64,000 bases of DNA from the IMG/VR virus record IMGVR_UViG_3300005611_000001, one strand, 5' to 3'. The DNA comes from a virus (Duplodnaviria > Caudoviricetes). Shown here piece after piece: positions 8,967-17,769 of this stretch (positions are counted from its first letter, which is position 1; each line of letters begins with the position of its first letter). The notes under the pieces are model-generated. The model was not told where the DNA came from. It did not search any database and saw only the letters and a list, made by a program, of their open reading frames with translations. Made by a program: the position numbers and the translations under genes.

Positions 8967-11900
8967 TTAATCCGCTATAATTATTCTACTATTAGAACCG
9001 TCAAAAATAATATTGCCGCCAGATACTACTCTATTATACTCACTGAAAGTAGGGGTTGACACGTTTGTTAAAACAAAAGCCCTATCAGTTGGAATATGCC
9101 AAAAAACATCATTTACTTTTGCGGGACTTTTTAGAGCTTCAATAGCTGATTTCATTTGTGCCGGGGTAGGATTGGTTGAATTTGGAGCAGTACCTGTTGT
9201 TCCAAAAGCAACAGTAACCCCAGCTTCCCCGGCAGGTCCGCTAGGTCCTGTTATGCCTTGAGGCCCAGTATCTCCCTCAGGCCCCACAACCCCCTGAGCC
9301 CCTTGAGGCCCTGTAGCTCCTTGAGGGCCTTGAGCACCCTGAGCACCCGTATTACCTTGGGGGCCTTGAACACCCTGAATACCTGTATTACCTTGAGGGC
9401 CTTGTGGGCCTTGAGGGCCTTGAGCACCTTGAGGGCCTTGAGCACCTGTATTACCTTGAGGGCCTTGAACACCTTGAGCACCTGTATTACCTTGGGGGCC
9501 TTGAACACCCTGAACACCCTGAATACCTGTATTACCTTGTGGGCCTTGAGCACCCGTATTACCTTGCGGTCCTTGAATACCTTGAACACCTGTAGCACCT
9601 TGAGGGCCTTGGGCCCCCGTTGCGCCTTGAGGTCCTTGTTCTCCTTTTTGCCCTTTTATTAGTACAGGGTCTTGAAAATCGTCCTGAGTAATTGCAGCAC
9701 TGTTTTGCTCAAGAGCTGCAATGGTCCACTTAATATTTGTAACTCCGGCTACTGTTGCGTCAATATACCATCTATATTGTGAATCAGATTGGCCACCTTC
9801 TACGGTTAGCCAGTATCCGCTGGTACTGATAAAAATAGTAGGAGTAAGCCGAGTAAAATCAGCAGTATTAGAAGAATTATCTGCACCCGCATATATTCTT
9901 ACCCAATAGCTTGTGTCGGCAGAAGGAGCTGTTGTTCTTCCCGTATGATTAAGTAGGGCAGCATAAACTCCCCCGGAATAAGAAACAACATTTCCTTGAG
10001 TATAAGCCCCGCCGCTGCTCCAAGCATTAATAGTAGGAGAAGAATTTAGGGTATCATCAGGAGCTGTAGAATAGAAAGTAAAGGTTTGATTACCGGCAGT
10101 GCCTGCAGCACCTGCAGGGCCTTGAACGCCTTGAACGCCTTGAACCCCTGTAGCCCCCGCCACGCCCTGGGCTCCAGTATTACCGATGGGCCCTTGAATC
10201 CCTTGAACACCTGTGGCACCTTGAGGCCCCGTAGCACCTTGAATACCAGTATCGCCTATAGGTCCCTGAACACCTTGAACACCGGTATTACCTTGAGGGC
10301 CTTGTACACCTTGAATACCAGTATTTCCGATAGGTCCTTGAGGACCCTGAACACCTGTGTCACCAACAGCACCTTGAACACCGGTATTACCTTGAGGGCC
10401 TTGTACACCTTGAACACCGGTATTACCTTGAGGGCCTTGTACACCTTGAATACCAGTATCACCTATAGGGCCTTGAGCACCTTGAACCCCTTGAGGCCCT
10501 GTATCCCCAATAGGGCCTGTATCCCCGATAGGACCTTGAACGCCCTGAACCCCTTGTATGCCTGTTGCGCCTTGGGGGCCGGTCTCTCCCTCCGCTCCTT
10601 GTTCTCCGCTTTTTAAAACAAAGTACTCAATACTGTAGGTACCCGCAGAGTTAGTTACTTCTGCCAAAATATTGTCATTAACAAAATCAGGCTTCAAAGA
10701 CTGTTTGTAAGCATAATCTCCGCTAAAAGTTTTTGTTAAGTTACCGCGAAGATGAAGAATCGTATCGCTTTCAACGCTTGCGACCTCAGAGTACTCTGCT
10801 CCAGCAACTTCTGTATGGGACCCATTAGGAGACAGCTTAATTAGATCTCCTTCAGAAAAATCAGTAGTAAAAGAGGTGCCGACTCCAGTAACTGTAGCAG
10901 AACCGGTGGCCACAGAAATAGTTCCGGAAATTAAAGCGAGTCCATTATTAGAGGCCCCGAGTTCTTTCCAGTACTGATAATCAATTGTACCGCCCGATAC
11001 ACTCTCAACCACAGAGTCTACATGAATTACTGCGGTTTTCCAAGGATCTACAGTATCACTATAATCAAAATACCAATATGCGCTTTGTCCACTTGAAAGA
11101 GAGGAAAAATTAATTTCGCTTTGAGCGGTTGTTGCACTTGCCACAGTGTAGGAACGACCCACAGACGACACAAACTTGTAGTCACTGTTGACAATACTAA
11201 CTAAGCCAGTACTAGTATTTAATGTTATAGGAGAATTTATGCTCCCGCCAAGAATGGCTCTTGTAACTCTATCAAAATAAGAAGCCGTTTGCTCAGTAGC
11301 TTTTACAAGCTGAGTAATAGAAATCCAAGGCGAACGCTGCCCTTGTATATTTCTAGTACGAAGTTTTACAGTATAATTTCCTGCCGTAACATTGTCAAAA
11401 ATAGCACTGTTTTGAGAGGCGGGTATCGGAATAGTTTCAAAACCTCCGTCATAGCCCGTACCTTTAAAATTATGCTGGATTTCATAGGTATCAATAAATT
11501 GATATTTACGAGTAGTAGAGTTACCGTTTGAGTCCGTAAAAGTTTCTACAGGTTCGTTCCAAGAAACTACAACTTTTTGTCCTACCCCTGCTGTCCCTTC
11601 TTCTGGGCTCGCAGTAGGTAATAGCTCTACTTTCAGCTCAGAAGGAGAAGGAACAGTCTCATTTCTAGATGGAGTAGGCTTATATTGCTCTACATATCTA
11701 GCATAATTCTTTTCTACCTCGTCGTATTTTTCAAAGATAACCTTAGAACCAACGATTGAAAATAGATTTTTTTGGTCTTCTGTGATTCCTAAAATTCTGT
11801 AACGAACAACTGCATCTTCTCTTTGGTATTCGTTAATATTAGAAACTGCCCAAATTACTTCAGTTCCAGGAGCTGAAGAAAAAGCGGAAGAAACAGTAAG

Positions 11901-14444
11901 AGTGCTAACAGTACCCGCACTTGTAGAAATTTGTTTTTTCTCTAGTCTAGAATTAGGGTTGAAAGAAGTGAATACTTTATTGCCGGAGTCATCTACAAGA
12001 TTTGCCGCATCTTCAGCAGTTTCAATGGCGCTTCCGCCAGCATCTAAAAGAATTAAATCACCTCTTTCATAAGAAGTGCTATTAATAGTTGCAGAAGCCT
12101 GCTGCAAATAACATCCAGGCTCTGGGTATATTAAATAAAGATTGTATGTTTCACCAGCCTGCAGTACCACACTTCTGTCTAGCTCAATCGAAGTGGTCGT
12201 GCTACCATTAGAAGTACGGCCACTAAATTCAACAGAATTTAGCTTAGCGTCCTGAATATTGATTATATCTCCGGGACGTAAAAAGCCTGCATTAATCGAA
12301 GTCTGAAACTTAACTATCTCAGTCTCAAGTGTATCGGTCAATAGATGCCAGCGGCCAACACGCAGCGCCTGTCCCTCTGAAGTACAACCAAAAGCAACAA
12401 CATCTTTTGCTACAATTCTTCCAGTTTCTGCTATGTTATCAATATCATCTACAGTAACTACTGATTGCTTGTATAATTCTTCTGGGTTATTCCAAGTAAC
12501 ATTTACTTGATTAATACGAGCCCGCTGGCCCGTAGTCTCATAGGAGAATAAACCATCAATTACATTACCTTGAGTAAAGGTGTATACCGGCTCTTTTGGA
12601 CGATCTTGAACAGGAGTAATCTGTCCATCAACCCAGTACATCATACCTCTAAAAACACTAGCAAGATCTTTTAGTACTTTATAGGCTTCTTGCTTAGTGC
12701 TAAAGTAAACATTACAGGTAAACCGAGGCTCTAGTCCACCGTTTCCATCGTCGACTAATTCATCACAATATCTAGCAATTTGATAAAGAGAATATTTATC
12801 AATATCTGACTCTTCTACAAAATCACCAATACCGTAGTTTTTATTAGTAAGAATATCGTAAAAAATCCAAGCAGGGTTATTCGTATAAACTAAAGGATAA
12901 TTAACAGAAGAAGCAGACAGAGAAAGATCGCCTCGGAATGTTCCATCCCAAGTTACGTATGCGCCTGTATCTGCTCCGGTAGTTTTATTTCGAGTGTACT
13001 TTGCTTCATTCGTTCCCGCCTCTTCTCGAGTAATATAGTTGGTAGGAACTTTTACTTTTTTACCACGAATATGATAACTACGATTAGGAGGCGTGTCAAA
13101 ATCTTCCGCAGAAAATTCAACAGCAGCATAAGCCGAATTCGGATAGCTAAAAATATTCTGAGTAGAAGCCTGGATTGTTTTTAGTCGAGTAACTCCGATA
13201 AAGTTGTAGCCGTCATCTAAGTTGGCAGACCCTACAAAATCTTTGGGGTCTTCTGGAGTGCGTCGGCGTATTCTGAGTCTCCATTCATAGAAAGGGGCAT
13301 AGTCAGAAATATTTAAGTCTATTTCTGTAACAAAAGAGCTACGGGTTGAAATAGTGCGAATAACACCTTCTTGGCCTAAACGATAGTCCTCTTCAAAGAT
13401 ACCAGTAATTCTTCTTGTACCTGAAGGCCAGGCAGGAGGGTTTGATCTTCCATAAATAAGAAAAGTCTCATAGGCAGTATCAGACGCAGCTCTCTTGTAA
13501 TCAATGAAAACTTGAAACTCTGCAACGCCTTGTTTAATGTCTCCATCTTTTTGTGCGATTAATAACCCGGCAGGAAACTCTAGCGTTAGTTTTACATTTG
13601 AGATTTCTTGAGAGCGTTCTCGTGTAAGTCCTAATCCTTGAGAGTCTAACGGATTGACTATAACCTCGTTTACACTATCTTTGTCATACCACTTTAATTC
13701 GCTTCCGTCTGCAACTATAAAGCTGTCGGTAGGTGCCCAGGCAATACTCGTTATAGGATTCTGATAGGTGTTTCCAGGGCGAAAAAATACTTTTGCATTT
13801 GAGAAATTCTTATAGTAGTCTCCCGTAACAGCTTGAGCGGCATAAATTTGACCTCGTACAGAAGTTGCAGTTCGAGGAACCACTCGAGATACGGTAGCCG
13901 TAGTGCTAGAAGTCACGTTCGAGATAGAGGCAACAAAGTCGATGGTTACTGCAGCGCCCGAAGATACGGCAGTAGTTGTTGCCGGCGTGATTAATACAGA
14001 AGTACCGGAATTAACTTTATAAATTCTACCACGATACTCTCCTCCGTCGGGACCAGCCCCAGCAATTCTAACATAAGCTGCGGAAGCCCCTCGAGCACTT
14101 GCTTCGATATAGGCGGCATTAAAAATGGAGGAAGAAGTAATTAAAGTAGTGGAGCCGGGAGTTAAAGACGCAGAGGTAGTGCTGGCAGCTTCCGCTCCAG
14201 GAATATTTATATTTTTTCCTACGTCAGTACTAAGAAAAGTTCCAGTAATATTAGCACTGCTCGCAGATGCAGAGACTGTGATAATTCTAGAGCCATAAAT
14301 TTCTACGGCAGAAGAATTAGTAATAGGAGTTTCATTAAGGTAGACGCTGGCTTCGCTGTTTACCAGACCTTCGATCGGTCCTTCCGAAATAAGATCATAT
14401 ACAGCACCATATTGTTGTCTATAAGGGATTGTTCTTATTGCCAT
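8967..14444 (-). CDS. Tail tip / host-specificity protein J-like with collagen repeats and a carbohydrate-binding-like module
   Basis: DLISEGPIEGLVN, YTNNPAWIFYDILTN..YGIG, YCDELV..G.GG.EPRFTCN, FGCTSEGQALRVGRW are lambda J-type motifs; FN3-like segment; C-terminal Gly-X-Y blocks. Confidence 0.9.
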   Translation of the reverse strand: MAIRTIPYRQQYGAVYDLISEGPIEGLVNSEASVYLNETPITNSSAVEIYGSRIITVSASASSANITGTFLSTDVGKNINIPGAEAASTTSASLTPGSTTLITSSSIFNAAYIEASARGASAAYVRIAGAGPDGGEYRGRIYKVNSGTSVLITPATTTAVSSGAAVTIDFVASISNVTSSTTATVSRVVPRTATSVRGQIYAAQAVTGDYYKNFSNAKVFFRPGNTYQNPITSIAWAPTDSFIVADGSELKWYDKDSVNEVIVNPLDSQGLGLTRERSQEISNVKLTLEFPAGLLIAQKDGDIKQGVAEFQVFIDYKRAASDTAYETFLIYGRSNPPAWPSGTRRITGIFEEDYRLGQEGVIRTISTRSSFVTEIDLNISDYAPFYEWRLRIRRRTPEDPKDFVGSANLDDGYNFIGVTRLKTIQASTQNIFSYPNSAYAAVEFSAEDFDTPPNRSYHIRGKKVKVPTNYITREEAGTNEAKYTRNKTTGADTGAYVTWDGTFRGDLSLSASSVNYPLVYTNNPAWIFYDILTNKNYGIGDFVEESDIDKYSLYQIARYCDELVDDGNGGLEPRFTCNVYFSTKQEAYKVLKDLASVFRGMMYWVDGQITPVQDRPKEPVYTFTQGNVIDGLFSYETTGQRARINQVNVTWNNPEELYKQSVVTVDDIDNIAETGRIVAKDVVAFGCTSEGQALRVGRWHLLTDTLETEIVKFQTSINAGFLRPGDIINIQDAKLNSVEFSGRTSNGSTTTSIELDRSVVLQAGETYNLYLIYPEPGCYLQQASATINSTSYERGDLILLDAGGSAIETAEDAANLVDDSGNKVFTSFNPNSRLEKKQISTSAGTVSTLTVSSAFSSAPGTEVIWAVSNINEYQREDAVVRYRILGITEDQKNLFSIVGSKVIFEKYDEVEKNYARYVEQYKPTPSRNETVPSPSELKVELLPTASPEEGTAGVGQKVVVSWNEPVETFTDSNGNSTTRKYQFIDTYEIQHNFKGTGYDGGFETIPIPASQNSAIFDNVTAGNYTVKLRTRNIQGQRSPWISITQLVKATEQTASYFDRVTRAILGGSINSPITLNTSTGLVSIVNSDYKFVSSVGRSYTVASATTAQSEINFSSLSSGQSAYWYFDYSDTVDPWKTAVIHVDSVVESVSGGTIDYQYWKELGASNNGLALISGTISVATGSATVTGVGTSFTTDFSEGDLIKLSPNGSHTEVAGAEYSEVASVESDTILHLRGNLTKTFSGDYAYKQSLKPDFVNDNILAEVTNSAGTYSIEYFVLKSGEQGAEGETGPQGATGIQGVQGVQGPIGDTGPIGDTGPQGVQGAQGPIGDTGIQGVQGPQGNTGVQGVQGPQGNTGVQGAVGDTGVQGPQGPIGNTGIQGVQGPQGNTGVQGVQGPIGDTGIQGATGPQGATGVQGIQGPIGNTGAQGVAGATGVQGVQGVQGPAGAAGTAGNQTFTFYSTAPDDTLNSSPTINAWSSGGAYTQGNVVSYSGGVYAALLNHTGRTTAPSADTSYWVRIYAGADNSSNTADFTRLTPTIFISTSGYWLTVEGGQSDSQYRWYIDATVAGVTNIKWTIAALEQNSAAITQDDFQDPVLIKGQKGEQGPQGATGAQGPQGATGVQGIQGPQGNTGAQGPQGNTGIQGVQGVQGPQGNTGAQGVQGPQGNTGAQGPQGAQGPQGPQGPQGNTGIQGVQGPQGNTGAQGAQGPQGATGPQGAQGVVGPEGDTGPQGITGPSGPAGEAGVTVAFGTTGTAPNSTNPTPAQMKSAIEALKSPAKVNDVFWHIPTDRAFVLTNVSTPTFSEYNRVVSGGNIIFDGSNSRIIIAD
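9219..9653 (-). repeat. Collagen-like Gly-X-Y block 2 within J
   Basis: Repeated GPQGNTGAQG/GVQG units and near-identical DNA repeats (ttgagggccttg...). Confidence 0.9.
10092..10607 (-). repeat. Collagen-like Gly-X-Y block 1 within J
   Basis: Repeated GVQGPQGNTG/GPIGDTG units. Confidence 0.9.
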
Positions 14445-14454
14445 GAATTATTTC

Positions 14455-15597
14455 CTATTTATTGTGAACAATAAACTTGTTCACAATATACGTATCGTCT
14501 CCGTCTACATTTAAGTTAAATATTGGAGTGGTTTTGTAAATTTTAGTAAATTTTTCCAGAACCTCTTCGCCTTCCGCCGTAACTAACGTATCACCAATGT
14601 TTAGTTGGCTAACTTCTAGCCCTGGGTGAATCTCTCTTGTTACCGAGGGATTAAAACTTTTCCACCCTTCTAAAGTCAGGAAAGGGTGAGTATCAGTTAC
14701 AAAATGAGAATTATTATTTATCGAATATAGCCTAGCTTTTCCAAGCTGAGCATTGTTTTCAATGACTGTGTTAAACCCACTTTGGCTTTTTACTTCCTCC
14801 CCCGGAACTATCTCTTGAATTCTTTTTTCTGTTCCGTCTTTCATTGTCACAAGAGCATCCGCTATGAAACAGTCTTGGTATGCGCCGCCCCCAGCAGTAT
14901 TCGGAGAGTCTAATTCCTGAGATTCGCTAGGGTTAGAAAATCCAGGACCAAAATTTGTAGATGCAGCCGGAGGTTGACGACTTGCAGTAAATGCAGCAGA
15001 AATGGCGGCACCACCAACAATAAGCTCACCATATGCAACAGGAACCGGCAATCCCTGCTTCGTAGTATTTATAGGTCCATTAAAAAGGTAGCCTTCATTT
15101 GTATCGGCACCGTCGGCTTCTGGGCCGGGGGCGATAAGCTGAGAAATTCCCGTTAAAGACAGATTAACAGCAACACTTGCGAGTGCAAGACCCGTCGCAT
15201 TAAGTCCAGTCGTTACCGTTACTGTTCCACTCTGACCAATGGCTGCTCCTGACATCTGAGTAGTAGTAGTAAAGGCCCCTCCAGGGTTGATTACCAAAAG
15301 TGCTACAATTGCGGCAGCTACTAAAAGTTTCGCACCTCCAGACTTTGATCCCGTAGGAACTTCCGTAATAATAATATCTTCTTTGCCCAAAGAGAGAAGT
15401 AGGTTTTCTTCGCTTACAAACTCTTCTCCTCGACGAATTTCATACTCAATACCGTTATCCGCTGCGTCAATAAGATACTTACGAAATCCCGGAGTTTGGC
15501 AGTCAATCAATTTAAAAATTTCAGGAATTGTTCTGCAAGAAGTTTCCCACACAGAACCAAACTTTGCAATATCTCCGTTTAAATAAACTTTTTGCAT
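14455..15597 (-). CDS. Tail assembly protein I-like fused to a C-terminal Hint (intein-like) domain
   Basis: N-terminus KVYLNGDIAKFG..., GSKSGG, YLFNGPINTTKQGLPVPVAYGELIVGG are lambda I-like; C-terminus CFIADALVTM...FVTDTHPF...FNLNVDGDDTYIVN.FIVHNK contains Hint blocks A, B, F and G. Confidence 0.85.
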   Translation of the reverse strand: MQKVYLNGDIAKFGSVWETSCRTIPEIFKLIDCQTPGFRKYLIDAADNGIEYEIRRGEEFVSEENLLLSLGKEDIIITEVPTGSKSGGAKLLVAAAIVALLVINPGGAFTTTTQMSGAAIGQSGTVTVTTGLNATGLALASVAVNLSLTGISQLIAPGPEADGADTNEGYLFNGPINTTKQGLPVPVAYGELIVGGAAISAAFTASRQPPAASTNFGPGFSNPSESQELDSPNTAGGGAYQDCFIADALVTMKDGTEKRIQEIVPGEEVKSQSGFNTVIENNAQLGKARLYSINNNSHFVTDTHPFLTLEGWKSFNPSVTREIHPGLEVSQLNIGDTLVTAEGEEVLEKFTKIYKTTPIFNLNVDGDDTYIVNKFIVHNK

Positions 15598-16253
15598 CGT
15601 ATATATCTCGTAACGTATCTACCCCAAAAGGAGTGTAGGGATTCTCGGCATGAAAGCCTATCAACTGCGTGGTGTATAAAAACGTCTTCGCCTAAGTAAA
15701 CCCCGCAGTGATTCGGAATATTTGAAATAACATTAAAAATAATCATATCATGCTTTTGTGGTTCGTCTACAGTAACAAATCCAAAAGCATCTTGCAGTTC
15801 ATCAAAATAGTTGATTCCTTTTAGCCAAAAATCATCTTCAAAAGGAATTGCAGGTAAATCAATATTTAAATCTTTATAGTAATCTCTTACAAGTGAATAA
15901 CAATCATTTACTCCAAACTTGTATTCTTTGCCTAGTAGCGGCTCTTTTTTTCTTTTCGGCTCATAAACATAAAGCTCACAACTAGGTATGGCGTATATCC
16001 AATAAGGAATCCCAAGAAAATCAGATGCTTGCTTATCTGCCTCACTTGGCTCAGGAGATGAGTCGGGATGGCTATGAACAATTGCATGAATATCTCCCTG
16101 CAAACTTGCTTTTATATAGTCATTTGCTGAAATGCGAAACTCTTCGTCACCTTCTGCTACATTCTCACAAGGAAACCATTCCAATTTTCCTCGCTTATTT
16201 AAAAGTATTCCGCAGGCTTCTCGCGGGTACTCATTCATTAAGTGCTCTATCAC
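15579..16253 (-). CDS. Tail assembly protein K-like (JAB/MPN + NlpC/P60)
   Basis: YPREACG, VHSHPD..PS.AD (JAB), DCYSLVRDYY, NHCGVYLG...HH (NlpC/P60); likely GTG start overlapping the stop of L. Confidence 0.9.
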   Translation of the reverse strand: MIEHLMNEYPREACGILLNKRGKLEWFPCENVAEGDEEFRISANDYIKASLQGDIHAIVHSHPDSSPEPSEADKQASDFLGIPYWIYAIPSCELYVYEPKRKKEPLLGKEYKFGVNDCYSLVRDYYKDLNIDLPAIPFEDDFWLKGINYFDELQDAFGFVTVDEPQKHDMIIFNVISNIPNHCGVYLGEDVFIHHAVDRLSCRESLHSFWGRYVTRYIRCKKFI

Positions 16254-17389
16254 TTGTAAATTCTCGAAGCTGGGAACCCTCCAAAAGGCAAGGCCACCTC
16301 TTTCGTCGTAGTTGTTAAAATACCTCCAGAACCATCTGGAGTGGCATGAAATCTTCGAGAACAAGAAGTTACTCTTTTTCCACAAGAATCCCCTCGAGTC
16401 CAGTAGTTATTTGACTGAGGAGTAGAAATGTGGCTATTTGCATCCTGTGTAATTGTTTTTACTTTCCAAATCTGGGAGCTGTATAAAACATAGTCATTGT
16501 AAGAAGTATCAGTAAACGCTTTATATGTGGTAGAAGCACTATAGATATAAAATATTCTAACCCTTCTCCAGTCCGTATTTGTGTCCGAAGGAGTACTAGA
16601 AGTGTTTGTCAAGCACTGCCAATAGTCATAAATCGTTCCAGAAGGAGTTGCATATTCTCCACTAGAATCTACTTGCGTGAGTCCCGTTTTTACAGTTCTG
16701 TAATAAGACCCCGCTGTGCCTGAACCCGAGAAGGTTGTAAAAGTGAGTGTAGAAGAAACTATGTACTCATCTTTTGAATTGACATAAATATTTCCACCTC
16801 TATAGTCGCCTTCTGCATGCCAAATACATCCGCCCTTTTTATCCTCTTCATTAAGGCTAGCAGAGGCTCCTTGGTATCTCCACGGGCAGCCGCCACTAAT
16901 TACTTGGCGACGAGGCAAAGTTATTCCAGCAATGTCAAAAGGTGCTGCTAGTTCAAAAGTAACTTGAATAATATTTTTGTCTTTAATACGATCAATTACA
17001 TAAGTTGTTCTTGGGTACTCTATAGGGGGATTAGAATCTCCGCTCTCTCCATATAAGTATTTTTTTAATGTTAATCTACGAGTAATTCTACGACCAATAA
17101 GCTCTTCAAAATCTATACCAATTGAATCAGCAAAAACACTATTCACATTTGCAACAGTTAGAGTAGGTCTGGAATAAGAACCGTCGGAGGAAATATCGAA
17201 ACCGTCAGCCTCCATTGGGAGAGAGACATAAGTTCTCGGAGTTCCGCCAGAGTCCCTAAATTCGACACTAGAGGCATCGTAATTAGAAGTAAAATAAGCT
17301 GTAGACCCGTCTGGTAGGGACAGGTCAAATAAAGTTATAAGCTCAGACCCGGGGTCCTGCTTCTGTACAGCTTCTATAATTTCACTCAC
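16250..17389 (-). CDS. Minor tail protein L-like
   Basis: FELAAPFD..G.TLPRRQV...CPWRYQG, D.CGK...SC..RF, LPFGGFPAS (Fe-S-cluster Cys pattern of gpL). Confidence 0.9.
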   Translation of the reverse strand: MSEIIEAVQKQDPGSELITLFDLSLPDGSTAYFTSNYDASSVEFRDSGGTPRTYVSLPMEADGFDISSDGSYSRPTLTVANVNSVFADSIGIDFEELIGRRITRRLTLKKYLYGESGDSNPPIEYPRTTYVIDRIKDKNIIQVTFELAAPFDIAGITLPRRQVISGGCPWRYQGASASLNEEDKKGGCIWHAEGDYRGGNIYVNSKDEYIVSSTLTFTTFSGSGTAGSYYRTVKTGLTQVDSSGEYATPSGTIYDYWQCLTNTSSTPSDTNTDWRRVRIFYIYSASTTYKAFTDTSYNDYVLYSSQIWKVKTITQDANSHISTPQSNNYWTRGDSCGKRVTSCSRRFHATPDGSGGILTTTTKEVALPFGGFPASRIYK

Positions 17390-17769
17390 GGCTCATATAC
17401 TCGTCTAAAGGTAGCATCACAGCTATAAAATTCATCGTTTGTATAGGTTAAAGAATAGTCTTCGCAAATGACTCGAATTGTAGTTTGGTTTGAAACCCCG
17501 TTAGAGTCCGGAATAGTAAAAGCAAAACTAGTAACTCCCTGCTTATCATCAAGAAAAGCAACAATATCATCAATCTCTTCGTTGTCTCTAGTAGAGAAAG
17601 CTACAGAATATGTCTGTTCAAGTGGATTAATCCCTTGTGCAAGTCTTTGCTCATATCCATCACCAAAAGCTGCTCGATATACTTTCGGTTTAGTACTTCT
17701 TTGCATTGTTTTATCAGGAGTTACTTGTCTATTACCGTAAGTAGCTCCAGTATTAAATCCAAGTGCCAT
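17386..17769 (-). CDS. Minor tail protein M-like (distal tail)
   Basis: AAFGDGYEQRLAQGIN, I.AFLD...GV..F.FT, ATFRRVYEP. Confidence 0.9.
   Translation of the reverse strand: MALGFNTGATYGNRQVTPDKTMQRSTKPKVYRAAFGDGYEQRLAQGINPLEQTYSVAFSTRDNEEIDDIVAFLDDKQGVTSFAFTIPDSNGVSNQTTIRVICEDYSLTYTNDEFYSCDATFRRVYEP

Noticed and set aside
9013-10616. Multiple ORFs over the collagen repeats
   Set aside because: Alternative-frame and antisense artefacts of the repetitive Gly-X-Y DNA.
1-14444. Diversity-generating retroelement targeting the fibres
   Set aside because: No reverse transcriptase and no TR/VR pair with adenine-specific mismatches in the window.
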